This document shows, one piece after another, positions 1-12,946 of a stretch of 64,000 bases of DNA. The position numbers and the translations under genes were made by a program. The notes beneath the pieces are model-generated. The model had not been told where the DNA came from and searched no databases. It saw only the letters and a program-made list of their open reading frames with translations. Position 1 is the first letter of the stretch. Each line of letters opens with the position of its first letter. The stretch comes from Amphiscolops sp. MND2022 (Eukaryota), in assembly GCA_964187785.1 (NCBI GenBank), contig OZ076409.1, forward strand, positions 49,168,001 through 49,232,000, read 5' to 3'.

Positions 1-3000
1 ATTAGATTGATTCTAGCTTACAACTCACGGACCATTTTTGGTACCGTGTCAACCCGCAAAAAACCAAAACTGTTACTCAGAATGTCGGCAAAATACGTCG
101 ACAAAACTTTTGACCAATTGAAGCCGTCAACATCCGCAATGCTTTGTGTGATTATCAAACTTAGCAACGAAGCCCAACCACTTTTCAAAAAAGAGAAAAG
201 CAACTTGCTAGATTACATTGAGTTGCTGCGTTACTGGGAAAAGCTTGAAACCAAGGTTGAGGGAATTGCTCGTCTGAATGCGGCAATTGTCCAAGTTACA
301 CCAGACAACGATGCGGATATGGAAAAGAGCTTGATGCAGAAAATCTTGAAAAGGTTGTACCCTTCTTAAAGCAGTCAGTCGCATTTTGGAAAAATTCGAA
401 GAAACTGATGCGGCATCGCTAGCCTCCTTCAAAAGTCAACCAACGTCACATCAAATGGTCACAGCAGCCATATCAAGATGCCCAAATTGAACTTGCCGAA
501 ATTCAATGGCGAATACAAGAAATGTATTCCGTTTCATGAGCAATTTACAGCCTCAGTTGATGAAAATTCCAACATTCCAGCAATTCAAAAATTCAATTAT
601 CTGAAAGCCTATATTACTGAAGAAGCTCTTCAATTAGTTGCTCACTTGCTATTATCAAAATCTATCCAATTGCCTTGAAGTCACTCGTTGATCGCTATAA
701 CAAATCTTGATTCATTCTCAACAATCATCCGGATGTTATTTTCGGTTTGTAGCCGATGAAAGGCGACTCTGCATCTGATTAACTCAAATTGTTTGTCACC
801 TTTGAGAAAAATTTGATGGCAGTCAAGGCTCTAGAATTCGGAGATATCTTCGAAGACTTCATTTGGGTACGAATGATTGCAGAAAGGTTGGATCAAGGTT
901 CGAGGGTTATTTGGTAAAACGATTACCCTGGGACGAAACGACAAACCTTGAAGCAGCTACGAGAATTTACCGTCAGAAGAGCTCAAGATCTTGAATCAGC
1001 CACACAATCAACTTACAAGACTTCAGAAGGTTTACATCACAAAGGTAATTTTCAGAAATCCCAAAATACTCAAAACTACAAGGCCAGTGTAAAAAATTGT
1101 CCCTGTTCGGAAAATAATAAATTTTATACGTGCAAGAAATTCCTTGACATGAGTTCTAAGGACCGGAAAAGTCCTAATTGTACATTGAAACTCTGCTTCA
1201 TTTGTTTGAATTCTGGTCACAGCACTAAGGATTACTATTCGAAGAGACATGCAAAACATGCCATTCAAATTACAACAAGTTGTTACACTTACCTGATGCA
1301 CCAAATGGAGCTGGTCACAGCAGTAAGGATTACAATTCGAAGCATACATACAAGACATGCCATTCTAAACACAACACGTTGTTATACTTACCTGATGCAC
1401 CAAACAGAGCTGATTCCGGTTCACTTACCACACCAGATGAATACTGGAATTGCTCCTGGCATCGTGCCTACCGCAAAGGTTCCCGCTGGAGATGATTCTT
1501 CAAAGTTCATGTGCCGAGCCATGATCGACACAGGATCACAGATCAAGTTTGATCTCAGAGTCCGCAGTGCAGCGGATGAATTTGAAACGGCATGAACGGA
1601 CACTTACCATCAATGGAATTGGAAATGTGTACAAAACCTATCGTTCCGGTAGTGTTGGTTAACGATTAAAACCACTTTCTGGGCCAAGTGTCAACACCAA
1701 AGTTTTATCCGAACGTGAATTCATCATTGCCAAATGATTTCATCTGAGGTCTGTGGATTGAGCAGACCCCGAATTCAATGAACCCGGAAACGTGGAAATG
1801 ATTTTGGGTTCTGATGTTGCAGAGCAAGTTTTAGTTGATTACAAATTTACAGACAATGGTCTTCATTTCAGAAATACTTTCTTGGACTGGACTCCATCTG
1901 GTGTTACAAGAGCATCGATTAAACGTGGTTACCACTTCACTTTGCATCACCACTTCCATCAACCTGAAACCTTTTTGGGAGCTTAAGGAAGTCCCTGAAT
2001 CAAAAAAAAGTACAGTGATGAAGAAGTTCCTTCGGAAATGCAATTCAAAGAAAGTACCTACATAGGAGATAACAGATTTCATGTTGGTATGATTTTCAAA
2101 CCTGACAGTTCTCCATTGGAAGATTCTTTTATTACAGCGAAACGTCGTTATCTAAATCTTGAAAAGCGGCTAGATTCAAATCGTGATCTCAAAAAGAGTT
2201 TCACAGCTTGCATTCACGAATTCATCGATCTCAATAATCTGGAACCTGCTCCTGAAGATGAAATTGTTAAACTTGATAATCAATTGAACTTGCCGCATCA
2301 TTGCGCTCACAAGGAGGATTCAACTATCACAAAGTTGCGTGTGGTATTCGACGGATCTGCCCAATCCAATTATGGCAGTTCTTTTAATGATTCTCTCATG
2401 GTAGGACCAACTGTACAACAAAATCTGTTCTCCAATCACATCCGTTTTCGGTTACATTAAGTTGCTCTATCGGGAGATATGAGATATGGTAAAAAGGTGC
2501 CGACGAATTGCCCAAGATCCAGCTTCAAAAGATTTTCACAGACTTCAAGGCGAGATTCAAATTTGAACATCATCAAGCAGTTTCGAATAACCCACGTTAC
2601 CTATGTAATTGCTTCCTCGGAATTTCACTCAACTCGAAGTGTGTCAGACGTCGCCAATTAATGTAAAGATCAAGCAATTGTTCAATCAATGAACGATTCC
2701 TACGCTGAAGAATATTCATCTGGTGCCGGAACAGTTGAAGATGCCAAAAAAGAAGGTAGATGAAATTTGTCCAGGTCTCAGAAATTACGGATTTGAGCTT
2801 CAGAAATGGGCGTCTAGACATCATGAAGTCACAGTCTTTCTGCCAGAAAGTTTACGAGGAAGTACGGACCAAGAAAAATTCATTGACAACAATTACAAAA
2901 TTAAAAATCTGAGTGTATCCTGGAAACCCAATTCAGATCACTTCAGTTTCTATTCAAATTTGACAGTTTGTTGTAACGTGACAAAACGACAGTTACTTTG

Positions 3001-5241
3001 GGAAACAGCGAAGTTAGTTGATCGAGTTAGCTTTCCCCAATTGTCATCAAATTCAAGGTCTTACTTCAAAACATCTGGGTACAGGGTATTGAATGGGACC
3101 AACTAGTCTCCAAAGAAATTCAGGATGAATGAGAGCAAATGAAAGATGATCTCTTCAATTTATCAGAATTTAAGCTACAGCAATGTATCTCTCCTCAAAG
3201 GACAATTGCAAAGGTTCAGCTTCATTTGTTTGCAGATGCCTCGGAAATGGTATATGCTGCTGTTATCTATGCACGGATAACAGATATTGAAGGACATATT
3301 GACTCAAAAATTGTCGCAAGCAAGAAACTGGTTTCACCCAATAAAACGGTCTCTTTGCCTGGAGTGGAACTTTGTGCTGCTCATCTTGGAGTGAAGCTAC
3401 TTCACACTCACAATTCTTCCGAGCCCCACTATCTATGGATGGACAGATTCCACGATAGTTCTGCAATGGCTTTCACAACTACCACGAACATGGACCTTTT
3501 TTAATAGTTTCCGAAATTCAGCAAACTTTTCCTAGAGAAAATTGTAATCACGTCAGATCCATTTTGAATCCAGCAGATTGTGCATCAAGGGGGATGATGG
3601 CCCAAGATTTGCTCAAGCATTACCTCTAGTGGTTCGGTCCCACTTGGTTATTGCAACAAGGGTCTAAAATATCTTCGCGAATTAATGATGAAATCCAAAA
3701 CCTTGTTCAAACAGAACAAAAACAAATCTATCAGCACTGCAGTCACTGCTTCTCTAGTTTTGGAATCTCTATTTGACCTTACACGATACAGCAACCTCAG
3801 TCTTTCGTGTAGTAGCAAGCGTGCATTTAGCGATTGATTTACCCAAAAATGTCGACACTCATCTGAGTCTAAATTTCTCAAGACTCGCGAGAGGAAATAT
3901 CTGATCATATTACTTCACCAACTAGATTTTTTCTCAGAAGACTGCCTCTATTTGGAATCTGGACTAGAAGTAAGCAGAATAAGTAAGGTTGTCTACTTAT
4001 GGCCTTTCTATAATGGCGATACGGGCACAATCCGCGTCGGCGGCAGATTATCTCAGCTCACTTTCCGAGTATTAAAAATGTCCTCATCTCATCCACCCTG
4101 ACTATCATCTGACAGTGATCAGAATAGTGGATAATGCGAGTCAAAACTGTTGCTAACATGTTTATCCGGAAAGTGTCAAAACGCAGTGGATTCCCTAGTG
4201 GAGTTCCAGCTCAACTTATGATTGATTTACCTTTCGAGAGTCACGCCTACATAATGTTTCGTAAACGTTGGTTCCGACTTAGCGGGACCTATTATCATTA
4301 AACCAGAAAAGACCTGGATTGCAGTTCTCGTCTGTTTTTCCACAAAGGCTCTTCACTTCGAATTAGTCACTGATTGGACCAAAGACTCTTGCATCGCAGC
4401 CTTGAAATGATTTGTTGCAAGACGTGGATTAACAGAAAAGCTATTCAGCGACAATGGCACCAATTTTATAGGAGCCAGATACGGTATTGCAGAAGTTCAA
4501 AGTCTTCAGTAAAGACACAAATGAAAATTCAATCGCTCGTTATATCAATGGTCGTGGAATTGAATGGATTACTATTCCTTTTAGAGCTCCACTCTTCGGT
4601 GGATTCTGGGAAGCCGCCATCAAATCAATGAAGTGACACTTGCGGCGTTGTGTGGGCACACAAGTCTTGACTCACGAATATTTGAACACGTTCGTGATTC
4701 AATTCGAAGAATTTCTCAATTCTAGAACTCTCACCGCAATGTCTGCTGATCCCACAGCTTTGCAGCCACTCACTCTTGCTCTTTTCATACTCGGACGAGG
4801 AATGAATGATTTACCTTCACCCAATGCAAGCGAAAGTGACATAAACTTACATCTTAGTGTCAAATTGAAGCTTTTGGAAAAATTGAAATCTTTTTGGAAC
4901 TCTTGGCATCGTATTTTGTGGTTACTCTACAATTACGAAAACGATGGCTCACAGGCGGTCCAGAATTCGCAATAGGGTATTTAGCTTCAATTGCTGAGGG
5001 TAATCACTTGAAAATGGCTAGTGTAGATCTTTATTGTGCAGTTGATGAGAAGTCGTGTTGCAAAACTCAAAACAACTAGTGGCAGAGTGTCACTCAGAAT
5101 GTCGGCAAAGTACTTCAACTTGCTCTCCCACTTTTCAACAAATTAGATTGATTCTATTTTACACTTTCAATAAATTAGATTGATTCTAATTTACAATTTG
5201 CAGCAAATTAGATTGATTCTAATTTACAACTCATGGGACCG
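1..5241 (+). mobile_element. Decayed BEL/Pao LTR retrotransposon (5' LTR cut by window edge; short 3' LTR ~5088-5241)
   Basis: Frameshifted fragments in BEL order: gag PKLNLPKFNGEY (478), Cys knuckles (~1100-1230), protease IDTGSQ, RT LPHH...TKLRVVFDGS...LMVGP (2038-2460), Pao RNase H LHLFADASEMVYAAVIY...ELCAA (3139-3504), integrase GGFWEAAIKS-like and TLTAMSADP...LT (4600-4800). Bases 1-34 match 5209-5241, and TGGTACCG (PBS-like) follows at 39. Confidence 0.9.
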
Positions 5242-5534
5242 TTTTGCCTTTAGACGTTATTCCCGCTCGGCTTTATTTCGCTCCTAGAATGCGGCCAAAT
5301 TTTGTCAATTGAAAGATCTACCTGATTGACATGAAGCAACACTTTCGTTCCTTGATCCGGGGTAATCCTAGCTAATTTTAACCGCTTATTAAACAATGAT
5401 TAAATCGCCAATAATGCGACAAAGGTTTAGCAAAATTCAATTGACTTCGATCTAGATCATTGATAAAGTCTGCGTAAGCTGTAATTATATTGGTATCGTA
5501 AAATAAACAAGTGAGTGAATGGAAGACTTTTTTC

Positions 5535-5587
5535 AGTCTTAAGAACATCTCAGTCTTAAGAACATCTCAGTCTTGAGAACATCTCAG
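5535..5587. repeat. 17-bp tandem repeat, about 3 copies
   Basis: (TCAGTCTTAAGAACATC)x3 is directly visible. Confidence 0.9.
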
Positions 5588-7885
5588 CAACACGATTTCG
5601 AACTGTTAGCGGATATTCCTTATAAGCTACGTGAGACAGTTTTTGTTGATATCAAGCGAATGAGTGTGTACTAATTTCTAGTTCGCTGAAATCTTCGCCT
5701 GAATTCAAATAAAAGATACTTACTAGTAGTAGTATTTTATTCCAGTAATAAAGCAGATGTGTGGACGTTTTCCAGAGATGTGGACGGTAGCGATATTGTG
5801 TTGACTTTTGACTAATTAGTTAGTCGTTCATTGAGAGCTTTGACTTTTTTCAACGGGGTGGAGCAAAAATTCAATGCCCTTCATCCGTAATCTTTTGTTC
5901 AAGTGTTAAGGATTATTCTTTTATTCAAACAACCAAGTCATTTCAACGATCCGGCATTTTTGCCCTCACGGAATACGGTGAAAGTTGCATGTTTTACTGT
6001 AAACCAATGGGAATGAGTTGACGGACATTGACCAGGTATCTTGAAATTACATAATAAGCTTACATGAAATTTTTAAGCTCAAGGCTAAAACAATTTCAAA
6101 TTGCGAAAAAGGAAAACGATTCCAGTCCAAGAAAACTCAGAGGTAAAGTCGTGTTTCCGTGAACCACCATATCCAAGTTTGATACCTCATCGTGTAATGG
6201 TTTCAAGGAGGGGAGAAGTTTGAAATCCTCTTGCCAAATTACTGTAGATAGCCATTTGTGGTCATACATGAAATCAGTTATATTGGAAAACTTGTTCCTC
6301 TGATTACTTATGTTCATAATCTGGAAGTGTGGAAGTCACAGATTTGTTGACAAGTTCTCTTGGAAGAATAAAAGGAACATTATTCGTATGAATAAAATGG
6401 AGTTGATGGAAAAGCATGGGGATTTCTTTTCCGCTTGCTGTGCTCTCTGTTCCTTGGAGCCATAGAACAGACCACGTGATCATCCCCCCTTTGCCTCACT
6501 TTCTTCCTCGCTATCAGTGGTTGAGGTTCAATGAATATTCTTGACTGCTCAATACAAAACGGGAAGTTACAAATCCGTGGGGACCTGAACGGCTAAAAAT
6601 AAAAGCATGTCTAACCAAATTCATGAGTTGCTCCAATTGATGCTTTATGAATACTACACCGTTTTTGAAAGTTTGCCAACTCAGCTGCCATTCGGTGATC
6701 AAAGTCGATAACTTCCAAGCCAAAAATTACTAGTACTTGCTGTATGAAGTTGTTTCTGAATAATTGTTACCAAATCTATAGAACGGTTAGATGTTATTGA
6801 GAAACGTAATTTTTCTGTGAAAACTTAAATGGTATTCTAGGGTACTTTTTCCCAATGTATCAAACTACTGTTTTTGTGTAGCTACTTGAGGGTGAGAATA
6901 ACAGGTAGAATACATCTCTCGCTTTCATTGCGAAGAACCCAGAGAATAAAATTATACTCCTTCTCCTAAACGTTCGTTGAATTGTAAGTAAATTAAACGT
7001 AAAAGAAAATCAAAAAATAGTCGAAGCATATGATGTAATGGGCCTGAAACACTCACTAACGCATTTGACTTTAATGAGTTCGGAGAACACGAAGTGTTTA
7101 CGGGACTGGATAAGCTATGTCTCAAGTGACGTAGAGGTCTGGCACTTTAGTCCGCAGAACAAAAACCCGGGTAGTTAACTGCTAATGGAATTTTGATGCC
7201 CGCACCGGAAATTTGATTGACTATATTGATATCTATGACGAAGATGAAGAAATACCACCAAGATTTATTGAGGACTTGAAAATTAATACGAATGGTAGAC
7301 TACTGATCGATCTGTGTAAAACCATAGAAATGCTGCTTGTGAATGGAAGGATAATTAATAGGACGATTACACCTGCATAACACATAACGGGAAAGTGCAA
7401 TAGACTATTTCATCGTTGATTATGGTGTTTTCGACTATTTAAGTGAGCTATCAGTACTTGAATTTGATCCATGCCTGTCCGATGTTCACTGCTCTGTGGC
7501 CGTGGAACTCAAAAATCTGAAACACGTTCCGGTAGAGGTTTATGAAATGAACCATAAGAACGGGAGATGCATTCAGCTAATGCAAGAAATGTTTCATGAG
7601 AAAATTAACAAAAGAAATCTGAAAGATTGATATATAATGAAGTAAATACCCCGAATACGCCAAATTAAATTAATAGTGCTTATACCTGGTAGTGCAAGTA
7701 GAGCAGGAGCCTCGAGGAAAAGTGAGGGGAAAACTACTTATATCTCCAATAACGGGTGGTTCGATAGAGACTGTCAATCGAAACGCTCGATATCCCCAGA
7801 TCGATTACGCTGGACTAACAAATGGAACGATAAAAATGAAAGAAAAACAGCCTCCAGAGAACATAAGTAATATCTTAGGCAGAAA

Positions 7886-8485
7886 AAACGAGCCGGGAAC
7901 GGCCCAAGTCGGCGCCATATCTAAGGCTCAAAAACAGCAAAAGGACTTCAAAGTGTCAAAGTATTCTCTTCTACGGTACCGGAAAAACCCAAAAGTTGAA
8001 CCGAATTGGCGCACCAGAGGGGAAACTTTGAGATTTTTTATCAATTCTGTCGCAAATCATCAAAAAAATTGAAGGAGGGGCACTTTTGGTGAAAAAATTA
8101 TTTTGAAAACTCTCACAATGCCGAAAAAACTGAAAGAGGGGACCCTTTGGGATTTTTCAACATCCGATCTGTCGGAAAACTCCAAAAAAAATTGCAGGGG
8201 GACCCTTTGGGGAAATTTTTTTTTCGAAAAAAAAGCCTCACAGAGCCGAAAATACTGTAAGGGAGTACCCTTTGATCCCTTTGAGTTTCTTACATGATGT
8301 GAAAATACTATTTCGCAAGCTTTTAAAGTACTTTAAATTTGCTAATTAAGAATTGTGAGATTTCAAGATTGTAAGAATTGTAAGAAAAGTGGACCGATCA
8401 GTGTGAGGATTGTAGTCTGAAGAAAAAAAAGGTCACTGCTATAGTCGGGCATTTTTCCTTAAAAGGATAAAGCGCCGACTAAAAA
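7886..8485 (-). mobile_element. Non-autonomous Helentron-type (DINE-1/HINE-like) element
   Basis: On the minus strand: TTTTT-AGTCGGCGC subTIR with a nearby partial inverted copy at the 5' end; GCGCCGACT subTIR followed by a GCCG-TTCC-CGGC hairpin and T-run at the 3' end. Inserted in an A/T run with no TSD. Confidence 0.75.
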
Positions 8486-9438
8486 TTGGATGGTTGTTAC
8501 AAATTCGAATTTGAGAAGCATTACGATACATATGCCGCAAAAGTGGATTTTATCATCCAGTGTAAAGTGTATTTTCCGTAAAACGAGAGCGAACCCTATT
8601 CCAGTCAAATAGTGCACCGTGTTCATCGCGGATTGTGATGCACAGCGTAACGAGAAATTTTGTATTGTGATCATTGAGCGTGATTGTGTAAAGTAGACAT
8701 TTACTGTATTTTGATCACTACGCGTAACACCAAATCACACAGTGTAACGAGCAAAACACGTAACACGTATCTGAAATAATAACGTGTTTTCATTGGCTGT
8801 TAATCGAACTAGCAAGATCTTTCTAGTTCGTTGCGGCATGTGTATCGTAATGAGGTAACAGTCTGAAAGTCCTGGAAGCTACTGAGCTTTTTTCAAGAAA
8901 CTGGATAGAATAGACGAAAGAATACCAATTGAAATGACAAAAATGTATAAACACTTCAAAATTCTCAATTCCAAAAATGTTTGCTCTCAAATCTGTTGTT
9001 CAGATATAAATGTAAATGATGAATTGAACAAAGCCTTGAGAGAAAATGAGGTGACTAAATGTATGAAAAAATTAACAACGGTAAATCAGCTGGTATCGAT
9101 AATTTTCATCCGGAATTTATCAAGTATAGTCCTGACCCTCAATAAACGTAATAACTAAATTTTTCAATCGAATACTAGAAATGACTCAAATAACTGACGA
9201 ATGGACGAATCTATCTGCCAACCCGTTTTCAAAAAAGGTAAAAGGAATTATCCAAACAACTTCAGGGGAATCTCGCTTTCGAGCTGCCTATGTACACTGA
9301 TCTAACTGTACCTGGCCAGGAAGAAAAAGTTGTTTCTGATGTTGTTTCAAAAAGTTGTTTCAATGATTACGAGAAAGCATTTGACCGTGTTGACCACGGC
9401 TGATTATGAAGAAAAATGCAGTCGGTCATATCTATATC

Positions 9439-10038
9439 AAACAAGCCGGGAACGGCCCAAGTCGGCGCCATATCTAAGGCTCAAAAACAGCAAAAGGACT
9501 TCAAAGTGTCAAAGTATACTCTTCTACGGTACCGGAAAAACCCAAACGTTGAACCGAATTGGCGCACCAGAGGGGAAACTTTGAGATTTTTTATCAATTC
9601 TGTCGCAAATCATCAAAAAAATTGAAGGAGGGGCACTTTTGGTGAAAGAAATATTTTGAAAAGTCTCACAATGCCGAAAAAACAAAGGGGGGACCCTTTG
9701 GGATTTTTCAACATCCGTTCTGTCGGAAAACTCCAAAAAATTGAAGGAGAGACCCTTTGGGGGAATTTTTTTTTCGAAGAAAAGTCTCACAGAGCCGAAA
9801 ATACACTAAGGGACTAATGGAGTACCCTTTGGTCCCTTTGAGTTTCTTAGATGATGTAAAAATACTACTTCGCAAGCTTTTGCGCCAGTATTTTAAATTT
9901 GCTAAGTAAGAATTGTCAGATTTTAAGATTGTAAGAATTGTAAAAGTGGACCGATCAGTGTGAGGATTGTAGTCTGAAGAAATAAGTCACTGTTATAGTC
10001 GGGCATTTTTCCCTTAATGGAAAAGCGCCGACTAAAAA
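9439..10038 (-). mobile_element. Non-autonomous Helentron-type element, near-identical to 7886-8485
   Basis: Same termini and body; interrupts the LINE RT just before ...TEACVRVN. Confidence 0.75.
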
Positions 10039-10875
10039 CGGAAGCATGTGTCAGAGTCAATAGAGAGCTATCAGACGTATTCAACTGTCGAATGCGCGTA
10101 CGATAAGGGATTACATTGACAGTTCTGTTTCTAATTTACATATGATTTTAAAATTTTCATTGGAAGTTCTCTGGAATCGAACTTCAGTTAGCAACAAGTA
10201 TAATGCGGATCTCTCAGATCCCGAGTTGTGGTTAAAGATGTTCGCTCTTCTATATGCATGATACCGTGTTTATGAGCGAAAGTGAACTTAAAATGCAAAC
10301 AGCACTCGACGCAACAGCAGAGTACTGAATGGAAAACAATATGAAAATTATTGTTGCTCAGACAAAATTTATGGTCACGGGGAAAATTAGAAATTTGATG
10401 TCTTTGTGTATGGTACACCAATTGAACGCGTTGATACCTTTCTGTATTTGGGAATTGGTAAGTTTAATAACACTTTTCAAACAACCATAAAAACAATGTG
10501 GATAAAGCTAAAGTTATCACATAAACTATCAGTCTATTCGAGTGAAATTGAATTAGAAGTTGAAACACAACTACATTTTTTTGACGGATTGATCAAGCTC
10601 ATCTTATTGTACGGCTTTGAGGTGTGGTGATATGAAAATGTCGAACAAATTGAAATTTTCTACCGGAATTTTCTGAGAAAGATATTCAGAATTATTGAAG
10701 GTGCCCCTAAAGCAATGATTTACAGCTAATCAGGACAAACAGAGCTGAAGTTTTCTTTCTGGCAAAGAATTGCATCCTACTGGAAAAAAGGTAACATGAA
10801 AAATCAGAAACTTTCCAATCTGATGTTCAAATGGTTAAACTTAATCAACTATGAAAATAAGTGGTCCGAAGGTGT

Positions 10876-11286
10876 AAACAAGACGGAAACGTTTAAAGTC
10901 GGCGCTTTATCTAAGGCTCAAAAAGAGCAAAGTTTTTAAAATTGTAAAAGGGGACCCTTTCGGCTTTTTGAAAATCCAGTTTGCCGCAAAATATCAAAAA
11001 AACTTCAAGTGGCACCCTTTGGCGACAAAAAATTTCGAAACAGAAGTCGCACAATGCTGAAAAAATTCAAAGAGGGACCCTATAGACTTGTCCGGTTTTG
11101 TATCTTACGTTAAAAAGGGAGTAAATGAAAGGGGGACCCTTTGCGCTAACTTTGGTGTTTCCGTTTGCCGGTTCAGTAGTTTAGTAGTTCTGTAAAAAGT
11201 TTCCACTACGCATACATTCTGTTACCTGACAAAAAACTTGCCACTGTAATAGTCGGGCTCATTTGTCAAAATGCGCCGACTAGAAA
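10876..11286 (-). mobile_element. Non-autonomous Helentron-type element, divergent subfamily
   Basis: AACAAGACGGAAACGTTTAAAGTCGGCGC ... AGTCGGGCTC..GCGCCGACTA termini. Confidence 0.7.
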
Positions 11287-12946
11287 CATGCTGATAAACT
11301 GCGGCATACCAGCGATTGAGAGTCACGTCAGCTACGTTAATGACAATGAGTTCAACAAATATATCAAAAGATACTGTGAGGATCTTGCTAACCAATCCTG
11401 GCAAACATTGACGCGCGCAACGCCCATGTGTGAATATAACAGTATATACAAACAAAACTGCTGAATTAGAAATGTATATTCGCAAAATGAATTTTGAAGA
11501 AAGGGTAGGACTGACCCATCTCAGGTGTATACCTATAACTTTACCAACGGTAAAAGACAAAATCCTAGTGAACGAAAAAATACATGTCCTTTCTGCCGAG
11601 AAATATTTAAATCGGCCTTATTCCACCTATTACTAGTCTGTAATTTTTTCCAAACTGACCGTGAAATACTCTTGCCGCAGTATTTCTGTAACTACCCGAA
11701 TTTGATAAAACTAGCTGATGAATATCGTGAAAATTGGTAACTTGAATAACCTTTCTGTTTTGTGCAGAATTATCTGCAACGCTAGTGCTTCCATAACTGG
11801 TGACAATCAAACTAGGGCATCAAAATAATTAACTCTTCTTCTTGCAATAACAAATAGCTGATATTCGCATGTCTTGAAAACTTGTCCTGTTGGCATCAAA
11901 TGCAGAAGAGGTTTACGAAATGATTGCTCGCTCAGCTGTTTCTTCATTCAAGTTACACTTGTTTAATGTTAAAATGCTTCACTGTATTCAGCCGCGAAGA
12001 AGTAAAAGAAGTTTCTAAGTTGGTTGTGATGTGAGATTCCGTTTCGATCGCATAATTCCAGCCCATGTAACCTTTGGTCGAGAAAACCACTTTGACCCTA
12101 AAAGTCCTTGCTAATGATGCATTCCGTGGAAGATCTTACACGGTAACGTACTTCCTGCAATGATCCTACGAGGAAATATTCCCTTTCGAGATCCTGGGAA
12201 GAAACTAGAGAAAATATATTAACTTGCAGCGAAAGAATTTTTCCTCAACCAGGGTTACCCCCATAAATTTTTAAATTTCAGGCCCTGAGAAAGGCTATAC
12301 ATTTTAAAATCTTGTTTATGTTGAAAAGATCTGTTGAGGAAAACGCTCATATAGCGGTGAGGGCATATCGAAGAAAGATAGGGTGTCATACGCTGCACAG
12401 CCTCCTTGCAGTGTCAAATAGAGATACCAATAAACAGCAAAGACCTTGGCAAACTTAGGCATTTCACGTCAACAGTTGAACCTAACAATTTCACGTCATA
12501 AGATACCTTGCGGTGGTGTTATTACTTTCACTGTTGCACGAATTGCCAAATTAATGCAATTTTGTGTTTTCGTTTGAGTGACGACGCGGAACTCAGCTTT
12601 TCAGCAGGTCAAAAAACTTCTCATGCAGTCCATTACTGATTGTTTCAAAGCTGCGTAACGTCAGATGGTATACATTTCTTGATTTACTTTGAATCTTTTC
12701 ATCGGCTACAGAAGTCGCATTTCAACGGGATGCCTTGATACCTTGGAATGGCTTCAATTTTAGCAAAAGTGTTCAAATCCCTTGGCATTTAAAATTTGGA
12801 ATTGAATTCAAGGTGACTCAAAGAATCTCGAAAAGATCAAGGGTCTTCTTTTTTAGAAATACCATCTTTATGATTTGACCTCTCTATCTTGGAAACTCTC
12901 GCATAAAAAGCTCTCCAAGGGAAACTTTGATTTCAAAATGTTTCAG

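Larger units (their letters stand above)
7180..11810 (+). mobile_element. Decayed non-LTR retrotransposon (APE endonuclease + RT + C-terminal CCHC), split by three Helentron-type insertions
   Basis: NTNGRLLIDLCKTIEMLLVNGR and DYFIV..SDVHC (7285-7495), NNFRGISLSSCL (~9255), NDYEKAFDRVD (~9362), IERVDTFLYLGI and LILLYGFEVW (10406-10630), CPFCREI..FHLLLVC (11584-11640). Many stops and frameshifts. Confidence 0.8.

Noticed and set aside
6096..6760. Minus-strand ORF fragments with possible splice sites
   Set aside because: No recognisable domain, and no consistent exon chain could be built.
7692..8297. ORFs such as NEPGTAQVGAISKAQKQQK recurring across the window
   Set aside because: Translations of non-coding HINE repeat ends.
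12748..12792. MASILAKVFKSLGI* resembles the TOM70 C-terminus MSSILAKSMGL*
   Set aside because: Too short, with an in-frame stop just upstream and no further similarity; likely chance.
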